NCBI RefSeq assembly: GCF_000281045.1
Contig: NW_008246079.1
Coordinates: 804,618 to 858,588, forward strand
Direction of reading: 5' to 3'
DNA: 53,971 nt
DNA from: Saprolegnia diclina VS20
Taxonomy: Eukaryota
Shown here: positions 1-12,038 of the stretch, in pieces
How positions within the stretch are numbered: position 1 is the first letter of the stretch
Layout: each line of letters starts with the position of its first letter
The notes under the pieces: generated by a model
Seen by the model: only the letters and a program-made list of their open reading frames with translations
Databases searched by the model: none
Told to the model about the DNA's origin: nothing
Made by a program: the position numbers and the translations under genes

Positions 1-259
1 CCCAGACGCGTACGATGCGTCGTTTTGGGCGAGGCGAGGTTTGAAGATGCGGTCCCACTCCTTACGCGAGTCCATATCCAAAGACCGTGAGTATCATGAC
101 TGGACACACCACTTGATCAAATTGGCTCGTCTGTGCGGCGTGCATTGCACGGTCGACTCGTTTTTGTTGGCTGGGACAAGAGCTGTGGCAGTTGTAGTAG
201 TATATTGATGATGTTTAGAAATGTTAAGAGTTGTCGTTGGCATCGTTGGCGCCGACGAC

Positions 260-2426
260 TTACGTGCGTCGCCGCTTCTTCGAGTCGCGCTTCGTGACCG
301 TCTTGACCGTCTTGTTGGCAATGTGCTGGATCTCGCGCGTCGACTTGAGCACCTTGGACTGCACCTTGCGACTCTTCTTGAGCATGAGAAAGTTCTTGAG
401 ACGCGCCTTCTCGCGGTTCGTGGTACCGCCACCGCTCTTGCGGTGGGCAAAGTTCTCGCGGCCTTCGAGCACCGACCGGAGACGCTCCTCCTGCGTCTGG
501 CGCTTCTTCTTCGAGTAGCCTTCGAGCGACATCGGGTCGACCTTGGAGTGGTTGGCGTCCAGCGCCTTCTTCTCAATGTCCTCGGCCTTGCGCTTCCGGC
601 GGCTCTTGGGGTCCTTCGCCGCCTCGATGGCTTCCTTCTTGAGCATCTCAATGCGCTCGAAGTCCTTGGGCGTCAGAATACGCTGCGCATCAATGCGCTG
701 CGACTGCGGCACGGCCGCCATAGGTTCGTCTTCATCGTCCTCGCCCTCGCCGTCTTCGTTCTCTTCGCCTTCCGACTCAGTGTCCGAGTGCAGCCCGTCG
801 CTGTCTTCATCCTCAAGGTTGACCCAGCCGTCCTCCGACTCTTCACCGGCATCCATGGCCTCTTCATCGAGCGCCCAGCCGTCTTCGTTGTCTTCTTCGT
901 CAAAGCGACCATCGGCCTCAGCCTGCATGAGAAGCTCGGCACCCTCGACACCCTCAAGGGCGCGGAGTTCACCAAAGGCCTTGGGGCGCGCGGCGGCGTC
1001 GTGGAACTTGCCGCGGTCCTTGCGCTTGAGCAAGCTCGGGTGGAGCTCGCGCACGAGGTTGAGGACCCCGCGGGCCGCGATGACGGTCGTCTTGTCACGG
1101 CTCTTGTTGAACATGATGAGGTCCTGGAGCAGCGCGTCCATGCCTTCTTCTTCCATGACGAGAGGAATGCGGGCAAAGATCTCGCGCACCGAGTTGATGC
1201 CGACGGCAATGACCTCGGACGAGCAGCGCTCGACAATGAACGAGTTGGCAATCGTGCGCACGGTCGGCATGATCTCCTCCGGCGGAATGTCATCGTGACA
1301 CGCCTGCACGAGGTACGCGAGGATCTGCGTCACGTTTTGCTGGTGTGCCGTCAAGTAGCGCTGCAGGAGCGGGTAGAACGGCAGCACAATGAGCTTGTGC
1401 TGGCCGATAAGGCGCCCGATAAAGTCCATCATGAGCAAGCGCACTTCGAACCGGTCGTTCGAAGCCTTGAGCAACTTGAGCTGGCGCTCGGCCGCGCCCT
1501 GCGGATCGTGGAGCAGATCCAGCGCCGGAAACGTGTACTGGTTGTCGGCCTCGCGGTTGCGGGCCTTGCGGTTCTTGACGAGCTGCGACTTGGTCGCGTT
1601 GTGGCTAGAGGAATACCATGAGATGCGGACAATCGTGTCATCCAAATCCATACCGCTTCTTGGTCTTCTTCGAGTGCGAATGGTAGTTGACCTCGACTTG
1701 CTCCTTGACCTTTTCCTTCTCGGCCTCGTCGTCTTCGAGAATGTCCGTGTCGATGCCAAGGAAGAACTGGATCGCGGTCACCATGACGCGCGTCGTCGGC
1801 GACGTGCAGGCCGACGCGATGCAGTTGACCGTCCGTGCGTCGCACCAGATCTTCTTGCGGTAGAGCGAGATGAGCACGTGGAGCGACTTGATGGCTGCAA
1901 TCTCATTGTCGTCCGAGACCATACCGTACAGGAACGACTGGAGGCCGCGCATGACCTTGTCGTTGCGGCCGCCGCCTTCGTTGTGCATGCGCTTGAGATC
2001 GTACACGATGTGCGAGTAGAGGATTTCGCGGAGGCGCTTGTCCGGGCACCGAAAGAGCTCAAAGAAGAGCTTGAGCAAAACGAGCGCGTCGACAATGTTG
2101 CGGTTGCGCATGAGGATGAGCGACTGGACGAGCGTCTTGCGGAGCGTCGCCTCCAAGACGTTCGAGTGCTTCTCGAGGAGCGAGATAAGGTCGGTGGGGA
2201 ACGACGCGAGCTCGGCCGGGTAGCACTTTGCGACGTGCGAGAGGAACGAGACGAGCGCGCCAAAGTGTTCCGACTCCTTGCTGGGCTGGAGGCGGAAGAT
2301 GGCGAGCTCGCTCTGGTAGTGGCGGAACTGCATCATGAACTCATCCTTGTACGCATCCGGGTCGCGCTTGACCATGTTCTGGAGCTGCGGCAGCTTGGCC
2401 AGCACATCGGTCCGCGTCTCGGCCAT
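260..2426 (-). CDS. SDA1: Protein SDA1 homolog (60S ribosome biogenesis/export factor), 2 exons
   Basis: N-terminus LPQLQNMVKRDPDAYKDEFMMQFRHY; later LLHDPQGAAE, RFEVRLLMM, LPFYPLLQRYL, VGINSVREI, acidic tract, RILTPKDFERI, GTTNREKARLKNFLM. ORFs 1638-2468 and 260-1759 join through a GT-AG intron at 1653-1605. Confidence 0.95.
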
Positions 2427-3085
2427 TTTCACAAACTGCAAACTCGAGTGCAATTTTAGCAAGTGCATTTTGGCTGGTCAAGGTCCACCGCGGTGGCATT
2501 TTTTTCAGCGGGGTCGTGCATTTTAAAACAAATCTTTTATGTATTCTCATTTGGCATTGTATGGCATACAATGAACAAGCTATTTGAAATCTATGAGCGC
2601 ATGGTCGGAATAAAAATGCACGCGTCTGGATGCGAGCGAAATAAAATACAACGTTGAAGCACTGGATGGAAACGCAGTTTTCCTTACCGACACGAGAGCT
2701 GCTGGTGCTCCTGGTGCGAGCTGTTGGACTAGGAGCGGCTCGTAATAACTAGAGACTCGGTGCGAGCAAAAGGAGGTAGAGTACATACCTGCACTGCTCA
2801 TGGCAGCAGCTTTATTGTGGGATAAGCTTGCCCATCATCCCGTCCACGTCGGCCTGGGACCTGTGACGTGGCAGCTCGTCCTCAATGGAGCGGACGACCA
2901 AGTCGACTGTTCTTTCGTCCGGCGCTAAATAGAACTACCGCCAAGCCTTCCTCTCTGGGGTATATATGATACCGTGCTCATGCCGCATCTCGTATCAAAA
3001 GAAGCAAAGTTTGCTCGTGTTGCGAATTTCCCGACGTCGTCGCCAGGGACGTGAACTCCTACCAACCTGCGAGGGCTCATGGCGG

Positions 3086-5053
3086 CTACGGACCGTGGGA
3101 AAGGAGGTGGGCCTCCTCCGAGAGAGCACCGTTGCGGGCTTTTCTGGCGCGGCGGAGCTTGAGTGCAAGCACGACGATCGCAACGACGAGCGCGATGATG
3201 ATGAGGCCGCTGCCCGCCAAGAGCACCTCGACGACGCGGACGACAGTGTAGACAGGGATGACTTCGCGTGTCGTCGCTTCGTCTTCCGGCGCTTTGCCTT
3301 CGTAAATGTCCATGGCGTTCAGGACAAACGTGGTGGGCACGAGGTCGTTCAGGCAGCTGCGTTCGATCTTGCTCACGTCGCCGCGCTGCAACACAAAGTC
3401 GCGGAGCAAGCGCATCGCGCACGACGGGTCTGTCTACATCGTCCATCATGAGATCGGTGCATTTGAGATTTGCCAAACGATACCGGTGTCATCGACCGCG
3501 TCAAGGCGCCGTGCCCCGAGTACGGAAACGTGAAGAGCGCTTTTTTAGTTGCATTGCTCAGCGCCAGCGCGTCATAGAGCGCGGTCGCGTGCATATGCGG
3601 CGTCTGCACGTCCAAGAGCCCCGAGAAGAGAATGACTGACGCGTTCGTCGTCGGCGTCGGCTTCAACTTTGCAAACTTGTCGCGCGTGTACGTGTACGTC
3701 GTATTGGGCCGCGCAACATGGGTACACGCAGGGTCGGTGGCGCCCGTGATGACGCAGTACTTGTCTTCCATCAGCGAAAGGTCGAACGCCATCGTGCTGT
3801 GGAGGAACTCGGCTTGGAGCTCCGAGCGACTCGGCGTCTCCCAGAGCTCGGCGCTGGACACGAGGTCGTGCAAGAGCTCCGACTCGTCGTGGTCGACCAT
3901 GTTGGCGCTCTCTGCAGGAATCGGGCCGGCACCCTCGCCGCCACCCAGCATGACCGCAAACCACTGAACGTCGTGCGAAGAGCACCGCTGGAAGCGGTAA
4001 ACGAGCGCCGGAATCAGTTCTTGCTGGCCGACGCCGGCTTGCAAAAGCGCCCGGAGCAGCTGACGTACGGTCCACGACGGCGGGGTCGGCGACGCCCCAA
4101 AGAGCTCAGCGCAAGAGTTTGTCCCGTCGTCGAGCGCTGCGTAGAGCGCTTCGACAGTCGCCTTGGGGTTACTTCCAAGCTTGCTAGCGCACACCTTGTC
4201 CTGACCGCACAGCTCCCAAAAGCGATCGACTAGACAGCACGATCTCTAGTCGTTTTTCGACTATAATCGACTCAAATACCTGCAGTCAGCGTATCCCGGT
4301 TCCACGATGAGAAGGGACCTGCAATGCCGTCCAATATGTAGCCCTTGACGGTCGGCGGCGAGAGTTGCATCAAGCGGCGCACCCAGAGCGTGCCGTAGCT
4401 CACACCGTAAACGTACGTCTCGGCGTCAGGCGTGAGTACTTCAATGGCACTGGCGACGTCCTTGGCGGCGCTCGTCGACGACCAGCCTGCGGCCGTGTCA
4501 TTGCCGTAGATCTGACGTACGTTCTCGATGCAAGCGGCCATCTCGGACGGATCAATCGTCTGACCACCGGGGCTACCGACGGCGGCGGCCTCGGTGGTGG
4601 CGCACTCAAGGTACGTGCTCTTGCCCGTGCCGCGATGGTCCATCGTGTAGACGTCCACCGTGCCGTTGAAGTACAAGGCGGCGAAGGCCTCGTACGATTC
4701 CACTAGACCCATCTGTGTCAGACGTGGCCAGAACGAGCGGTCGACGTACTCACGATGGAGGACGCGCCAGGGCCGCCCTGGAGAAACCAGAGTGCTTGGC
4801 GGGCCGAGCCATGCGCCGGCGGCTTGGTCGCCTTGTAGTGCTTGACAAACACCGAGATGGTCTTGTCGCTTGTGCAGACGCCGTCGTAGCACAGAGGCAC
4901 ATCGAGCGTCGCGCAGCGCGTGTTGCCGACGTGGTAGTTGGTGTCGGGAGTTAGCGACGCGCCAGTACGAAGCGGGCACGGCAGCCAGCCGGACGAGACC
5001 TTGACGGCGTGAACTGCAGCGCCGAGGCTCAGGAGCGTCGCAGTGAGGCGCAT
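3086..5053 (-). CDS. Secreted/membrane-anchored alpha/beta-hydrolase (S33/TAP-like serine peptidase family), ~4 exons
   Basis: Signal peptide MRLTATLLSLGAAVHA; CATLDVPLCY, LWFLQGGPG, YTMDHRGTGKS, nucleophile elbow GVSYG, ILDG, GLLDVQTP, YSGHG; C-terminal hydrophobic helix. Short GT-AG introns join the ORF pieces. Confidence 0.85.
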
Positions 5054-5103
5054 GGCGGTCGTCGCTCAAAATGATTTGAAGTTGCCTTTTTATCTCGCGT
5101 TTT

Positions 5104-5115
5104 GATTGGCCAATC
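5104..5115. promoter_or_regulatory. Palindromic double CCAAT box (GATTGGCCAATC) upstream of the hydrolase gene
   Basis: Perfect 12-bp palindrome ~50 bp upstream of the ATG at 5053; INR-like TCATTTT on the minus strand near 5068-5074. Confidence 0.5.
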
Positions 5116-5878
5116 GGTTTACAATCCAATCAAAACCTTGTGTCCACTATACTATACTCAACATGGTACATTGAGTGGCCTCTATCTGCGGTTCCCGTCG
5201 ACTCGGCAAATTAGAGGGATTGAGATGGCACAAACGATTCTAGACAAACCCTAAACTCTATGCACAGTTTTGTCAGCCAAAATTACGCGTATGAGCTATG
5301 GGCAATCGAGCTTGGACCCAGCGGAAGAAAATTGCTCATCAAAGGGGTTGATACCCAAGAGATCACTGCAGGCGCAGGTTGCGAAGGCTCACGATATCTC
5401 GAGATGACCACAACTACCGAAGCTCTACGAAATGACGTCTCAACGGTCAGGCACTCGGTGGAGCGAGGAGCAACCAGTTACTCGGCGGGCGGTCGACACA
5501 AACACCTTTTTGGTGCTCTTGGTGGCTCCGTTTAGCAAGACCAAGTATAGTCAAACCGTCGTACAAGCAAAATAAAGGGTTAGGTTTCACGGTCGTATCG
5601 GGATTTTGCGTCTGCGCCGAGCGTCCACTCTGCCTCTGGTCGTACACATCACACATTTCACTTCAATTTTACCAAGCGCCATGGCTAACCCCAGCTGAGG
5701 TAGCGTGTGCGATGTGGTCATCTGTGCGCCACCACGCTAGTACTATCACCAGTGGGCAGCGATGCCGCAAATCAGCAGCTGAACCTCTGTCCATCACTAG
5801 CGACTTGTAGAGGGCCATTGAAAATGATCCAGTATTGTCACAGGCTTATTGAATGTGCATATACTACAAAGCAGTAGT

Positions 5879-6892
5879 TTAAGTTGGGATTGGGCGATCC
5901 CCCAAGGCGTCGCGTTGTGTCATGGTCGTCGGAAGCTCATACAGAACCTGGAGCGTCCGAACGTCACCGTTGCTCAAACCGTCGCGCTGGCCAAGGACGA
6001 GCGACGCTTCTTTATCGCAGTCGTCGGCGGTCGGGACGACACACCCATCCTTCTCGTTCTCTTCGATGCTGCAGTACTTGAGACTCTTGTTCTTGGGCAG
6101 ACAGACGCCGTGGCCATAGTGCATGATCGAGTGCTTGTCGTACTGCGTCACAAAAGCCTCTCGGCGCAGCACATAGTTGTTGCGCGACGCCGCCAGCTTG
6201 TGCCCGCGCAAGACGATCGCCTCGGACGCCGGGTGCACGTGCTCGTGCGAGACACCAAGGGCGTGGAGCATCTCATGCATGATGGTGCCGCTCCCATGCT
6301 TGAAGGCGCTCGGCTTCAAGTTGATGTCTTGGCCCGCTCTCTGGAGGTACCCCACCGCCGCGTACGTGCCGCGGCGGTGCGGGCGCTGGTGGATCGACAC
6401 GTAGTGTTGGCAGCCACCACAGAGATCGGGCGCTCGTGGCGACGCCTTGCACTCGTCGAGCGTCAGCATCGAGACACCGGTGGGCTCGACAATGGCATGC
6501 ATCGCGTCCTGGATCAAGTTGAGCTCGGTGGGCGTAAAGGGACTTTCGATCTGATAGCAGAGGGTTGCGAGAGGCCAGAAAAGGTGCTTGTGCTGAGTCG
6601 CAAGGCCCAGTCGGCGCTTGGCGTCCGCCTTGTGGCAGCTCACGGGGTCGTCCTCGTCGCCGTCGGCGTTGCCATCGTCTTCGAAGCAAGTGATCGCACC
6701 GTGCACGCACGTTCGGTAGATGGCGCCTGGCAACTGGGGCTGGCCAAAGATGTACTCGACCTGGCCGTGGGAGAGCGTCGCGGCGCCGGTCGGGTTGAGG
6801 TGCAGATCGTGTGGAAGATGGCACGCGTCGTCGGCGGCGGCAAAGCCCAGCACCAGAAGGAGGACGAGAACAGGTGTTGGCAGCCAAAGCAT
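5879..6892 (-). CDS. Secreted astacin-family (M12A) zinc metalloprotease, single exon
   Basis: Signal peptide; zinc motif HEMLHALGVSHEH; Met-turn YDKHSIMHY; AAVGY and GQRDGLSNGDV motifs typical of astacins. Confidence 0.9.
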   Translation of the reverse strand: MLWLPTPVLVLLLVLGFAAADDACHLPHDLHLNPTGAATLSHGQVEYIFGQPQLPGAIYRTCVHGAITCFEDDGNADGDEDDPVSCHKADAKRRLGLATQHKHLFWPLATLCYQIESPFTPTELNLIQDAMHAIVEPTGVSMLTLDECKASPRAPDLCGGCQHYVSIHQRPHRRGTYAAVGYLQRAGQDINLKPSAFKHGSGTIMHEMLHALGVSHEHVHPASEAIVLRGHKLAASRNNYVLRREAFVTQYDKHSIMHYGHGVCLPKNKSLKYCSIEENEKDGCVVPTADDCDKEASLVLGQRDGLSNGDVRTLQVLYELPTTMTQRDALGDRPIPT

Positions 6893-7938
6893 GGTGTTGG
6901 TGGTGGTGGTACTACGGACGTACTAGCAAAATACAGAGTGCGTGGAAAAGGCAGCAGGTGTAAAGGATGAAGAGCACCTTCCCCTTTTGACTGGTCTTTG
7001 TCTTTGTATGGATGTGGCGGATCCCGGCCGTCTTGTCGCGACCAACTCGATGCAATACCACGTTTTGGGTGAAGTTATTATTTCGCTCTGCACTAGTATG
7101 CGTCGATGGCCAAGACGAATTGTTGAGAAACGGGGTCAGCGTCACGTAGTCCACTGGTGCGGGGTCAGGGCAAAACGACACGCTTCGACATTTGGTGTTT
7201 GGTGCATGCTGCACGAAGGCTTCTTGTGCCAACGTTCAATAGTAAGGTTGCAGGGTCAGCCAAAGTGCACCAGCAAACCCAGGGGCGACGATTTTGTTCT
7301 TGGACTGTGATTGGTCCACAGAAAAAGCCACGCAATTCTGTTTTGCAACCGATTGCCAGAAAATAGCTTCATTCTGCTGTGCAACCGACTGCAACATCCG
7401 TCGCGCAACGAATCAAACGATAGTGTACCGTACAACGAGTGCTTCTGCGGGGTCTCGACGCTATGAGAAAGCCTGTTTAGAGTAGTAGTTTAAGAGGTCC
7501 TTCAAATAATTGCACTGGCACGGTTCGCCTCTGAAAATGGCCTATTCGGAAATAATTTCAAAGCAAATATTCAGTAAGATTTTAGCATGTGGAGCGCCAC
7601 CGTATTGTATTGCACACAACTTTCCTCTATTTGACGATATACACGAAATTTGGGTGATAAGGCGGCTTTCTCGGGCTCCAGACAGATCTCTCACCTTCGA
7701 ACCAGATCATAGGTAACTGGCCCAGTCATGTCATTGCACAAGACGAGGTAGAGCACTATCGGACGGCGCGTGATTCCGATTCTTATCGCCACCCTGTCGC
7801 CACCGAGACCGAGTCGGCTATTTGTACCGTCTCGTTGTGCCACGTCATAGACCACATGAGCCGGATATAGAACCGGTTAGGACATTTACAGTTAATCTGA
7901 ACCGGCTAGTCGGCTCGGCAAATAGCGACGCTGTGGCC

Positions 7939-9357
7939 ATGGCAGGGAGCGGGGCGGACGAGACCTTCCTCCATGACATCCAGTTCCTCATCGCGAACGA
8001 TGCGCAGCTCACGCAGGATCTCTCGCATCTCTGCGCGATTCTCGAAGGCTCGTCCAGCGACAGCGAACAGAGCGCCGCGTCCAGCGCCAAGCGCAAGGAG
8101 GCCCCTCCGAGCGACGACGAGCCGCTACCGCGGAAGCCCAAGAACCGCTTCCAGCACAGGCAGCGGCAAGAGATCCTCGCACTGCGCGACGAAGTGCGGC
8201 TGTTGCAAGGCGAGATGGCAAAGACACGCCGCGGCCGCCCCGCCCCGACGCCGTCGCGCTGGGAAGCGATTGCAAAGGAAGAGCGGCAGGCCAAAGCCGC
8301 CGTGCTGCACGAGAACGAGCAGCTCAAGGCCGCCGTGGCGCATCAAGATACGTTCATCGAGACCATGCAGCGCCTGCTTCGCAAGAAGCCCCGGCTTGAG
8401 GTACACTCTGTCGCGCCGTTGCGTCATCTGACGGCACGTAGCTGCTGCGCGATCCGTCGTCCGAAGCGTGGAAGGCCTACACACTGGCTGCGCAGGCGTC
8501 GCTCCGCATCAGTGCGATCCACGCGATTGCCGACCGGCAGTACCATCGTCTCCGCAGCACGTTTTTACGGCTGGGACTGCTCGACCGCCCGGCGGACGCC
8601 GCCAAGCTCGTGCGCATCACGCCGACACCGCAGCCGAATGGAACGCTTGTCGTCGAGTACATTTACGACTTTGTGCTGCCCGCGCCGTATGAGGCCGTCG
8701 GCGAAGCGGTCTGGAGTGTCTTCAACGGGGCCAACGCTGCCTCCTGCCCCGTCGATGCGACGCAGGTAGCACTGCGCGATGCCTCAGCGCGCCTTCTATG
8801 CCGTCTCGTAGCACCTGGAGATCATCGACGACGCGACCAACTACGAGACGTTTGCCCGTCCGATCGCAAATGCCACAACTGTTGCGTACTCGAACCGGAT
8901 CACCAAGCGCTTCCGAGAAGAGGATCGCGATGTCGTCGTGTGGCGCACTGTGCTCCAGGACGAGCGCATGCCGCACATGACCCAAGGCAGTGTCGAGGAC
9001 GAGTGTGGCTGGTACACGAGCACCTTCGCATCGTCGTCTCAGCTACGACGTAGGCTTGTGGTGGCGGCGATGACGCACGAGACGTGTCGGCTCTCGTTCG
9101 TCCTCTCGGTCGTCGCGGGCTGTACGTCAATCGAGACGGTCACGCGTGGGATCGAAGCATTCGCCTTTGGCCATCTCGCCGAGTCGGGATCATCACCGCT
9201 GGTCGAGACACCGCCGTCGACGACGATGGTAGCGCTCATGGACAAGGGCAAGCGGTTCGAAGTGGCGTTGCGCATGGCGGTCGCCAAGGCCATTGCCGCG
9301 CACCAGACCGCAGCTTCGTTATCGTCAGAGCGTCGCGTCGACTCGGAGTTCATATAG
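7939..9357 (+). CDS. Oomycete bZIP-like/START-like protein (M96 mating-specific-like family), ~4 exons
   Basis: Basic region plus coiled coil KPKNRFQHRQRQEILALRDEVRLL, W..IA..E, ENEQLKAAV; C-terminal KRFREEDRDVVVWRTVLQDE...ECGW. Introns near 8401-8440, 8766-8811, 9012-9053. Confidence 0.65.
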
Positions 9358-9382
9358 GTGTAGTGCTGGTGATGATATACGT

Positions 9383-11020
9383 TTACAGAGTTGAGAAGAG
9401 GACGCAAACAGCGAGGACGAGTCGACACGCGCGCCACGACGGGACGCCGCTCGACGACGGTGCTGGCGTGATGGCCCGCGTGAGCACGGACGCTATCTCG
9501 CCCATGAGCGTCTGCCTCGTACAGGAGACGAGAGATGACGTACTGGTCTCGGTTGTGAGCGTGCAGTTGGCGCGCGTAAAGCCGACCTGCTGCGCGTCCA
9601 GATCAAAGAGTACATTGACGTCGACCATGGCGTTGGCGCCGACCACTAGACGCAGATCCGAGTCGCATCATCATGCGCACCTCCACCTACCTCCGCTCGC
9701 CGCAAAGTGCAGACCCAGCTTGTACTGACCATTGGCCGTCAGAAAGGTGTACTTGGCCGGCGATAGCTCGAGCTGGACGCGCGTTGCTGTTCCGGCAAAC
9801 ACCAGCGTGAGGGTGGGCCAGCTTGCGACTTGGTCGGGCGAATAGGACGTAGTGTCCGAGAAGACCGTGTTGGTGGCAGCGGCAAAGGCCTCGAGGAACG
9901 CCGCGCGCACTGCGTTGGGTAGGTACGAGTGCGACGACCCGCTGTCGACGAGCGTGCTCAGGCCCCTAGATCCATGCGATTTGACATGGACGATCGAGAC
10001 CATGGACGCCGTACGCGCTGTTGATGGACGACGTCGCCGCGGTGGACGTGCTGCCGACGAGGACGTCGACGAGCGGAATGAGGTACTTGGTCGAGCTCAG
10101 CATGGCGACAGTGCCGGTGGCGGCCGATTGGGGTGCGAAGAGCGACGGGTCGCTGCCACCGAGCACGAGGGTGCCGCCCGACGCCGAGAAGCAGAGGCTA
10201 AAGGCGTTGCGCTGGATGCGCTGTTGCGCCACAAGCGCCGCAAGGAACGTCGTCGATGCTTTCGAAAAGCCAATGATCCCGTTCTCCGCCATGGTCACGA
10301 TCGGTCCTAGCATCTGTCCTGAGCCGCGCGTCGGCAAGCGAGATGGTACCGCTGGCGCTGAGCTGGGCGGCCACCGTCAGGCGCACACCGTTCGTGCGCA
10401 TAATCTCACCCGACGACTCGCCGTCAAAGCGCCCAATGTAGGCAAGGTCGGTGACCACCGCGCCGGCCCAGCCACTGCCGTCGACGTAGGACTACCGAAT
10501 GACGATTGCGGGATACGATGACGAATAAGTGGCACGCGCGTCGTACCCGTTGGACCTCGCACGCGGCGCGCGCCGAGTCGCAGAGGAAGCACTGGCTAAA
10601 GGACGTGCAGTTGTCGTACGCGGCGGCTGTCGACTTGGCCGCGTCGTAGCCAGGATCCGTGTGGTTGCCACACGTCTTGCAGCTAGTACAACGAAGACGA
10701 TGTTGTACATGGAGTCAATACTGGCAGCAGTACGAGTTTGCAACGACCGCTGTCCAGTCGCTTGCCGTGTCAATGACCACGAGCGCGCGCTGCGGCGGGA
10801 CACCCAAGTACAACGCTGCGTGGCGGACACTAATAGGAGCGGAGCGTCACACGACGTGGGAAGACAGGACTGCCGCGTACCCTCGGCTCTCGCCCACGCG
10901 CTGCTCAAAGATGGTGCTGCTCGCCGTGAGCGCTCGGGCGTGCTCGCGCAGGAGCGGGATCGAGACCAAGCTCTCGGCGACCGCGGCCAGCGCCATAAGC
11001 CATCGGGCGACCTGCGTCAT
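9383..11020 (-). CDS. Pepsin-like (A1) aspartic protease, plasmepsin V-like, multi-exon
   Basis: Signal peptide; LYLGVPPQRALVVIDTAS, CKTCGNHTDPGYD, NGIIGF, FSLCFSASGGTLVLGG, second catalytic motif LVDSGSSHSYLP, VGANAM, VLFDLDAQQVGFTRANC; hydrophobic C-terminus. Confidence 0.85.
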
Positions 11021-11971
11021 CGGGCTCAAAGCAACTTGAAAAATGTTGCGCGTTTCACCCAATCCGCATCGAGATACTCTCTCATTGCGACATTTTTTTG
11101 GAATATAATCATCCACACGCTTTTAAAGGATGCTCACGGTTACATTCTCCAGTCGGATATACCCTTAACTGCACTTGATAAGGTTGCATCCGGTTGATAT
11201 ATCTTGAAGTTGGATAATGGATTTTTGCATTTTGCATCATGGCGACGTCATGGTCGCAAGCTTGGTCCGAACCAAAGTCTCTCACCCGAGCGTCTCGACC
11301 TCATCCAAGAAGCGAGATGTGAACCTCCTACTACAGTACACATGACATGCGTGCGGCGGGCTTGCCGGGAAGATCCTCCTCCATCAATATACGAGGCTCG
11401 TATTCGCGTCATCTCAACGAGCAGCAACGTCGTCGTGCCCGCGATTCCCTAATCTTTTGTACGGAGAGTTGCTCGGTGGGTCCCCACACGTCCAGTGTAT
11501 TGAAGCGTGGGCGGCGCAACATGTGACGAGGCAGAGAGGCCATGGACGCTGGGAGAGCCAAGGCCCAGTACACTGAGAGAGCTCGCTGAGAGGCAAACAA
11601 CAGAAAGAGGGAAACATATTTTAGGGAAAATGAGATATTGTTGCCGTCAAAAAAGCCAGGTTCGATTTCGTGGCGGCGGCCAATCCACCGACGACGACGC
11701 CCAAGTCGCCAGCGCCGCAATGTCATGTGGGCCTTCAGCTGGCGCTGGCGACGCTGCGGGGATGGGCATGATGGCTTGCCCGAGTTGGGTGCCTTTAGAC
11801 TCGCGCTTCGGCGATCGAAGATCGCCATCGCCCCACCCCGAGCGCATGCGCCGTTGGACTGCGCGGAAGTAGCGAAGCGGCCATCGAGTGCACAGACGAT
11901 TCGGGAAAATTGGGAATAGGCGTTGCATCCGAAAGAAGATGCACATAGAGCCACTGCCAAGACCACCGAGC

Positions 11972-12002
11972 TAAGACCACTATAAGACCACTATAAGACC
12001 AC
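11972..12002. repeat. Short tandem repeat TAAGACCACTA (~2.8 copies)
   Basis: taagaccacta-taagaccacta-taagaccac read directly; extra aagaccac at 11959-11966. Confidence 0.85.
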
Positions 12003-12038
12003 ATATTGTCGTTCCTATAAAGTTAGCCTATCGACACG

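Noticed and set aside
1605..1759. Apparent frameshift in SDA1, and similar frame breaks in most genes
   Set aside because: Each is resolved by a canonical ~45-50 nt GT-AG intron, so these are not pseudogenes or programmed frameshifts.
221..2459. Plus-strand ORFs of 466 and 356 aa opposite SDA1 (and similar shadows opposite astacin, DCAF1, M8 and SHMT)
   Set aside because: Explained by codon bias of the real gene on the other strand.
11655..11675. GGTTCGATT B-box/tRNA T-loop-like motif (also near 36500)
   Set aside because: No T-stem pairing or cloverleaf could be built.
11050..11950. Possible transposon remnant in the long intergenic region
   Set aside because: No terminal repeats, target-site duplication or transposase/RT motif seen.
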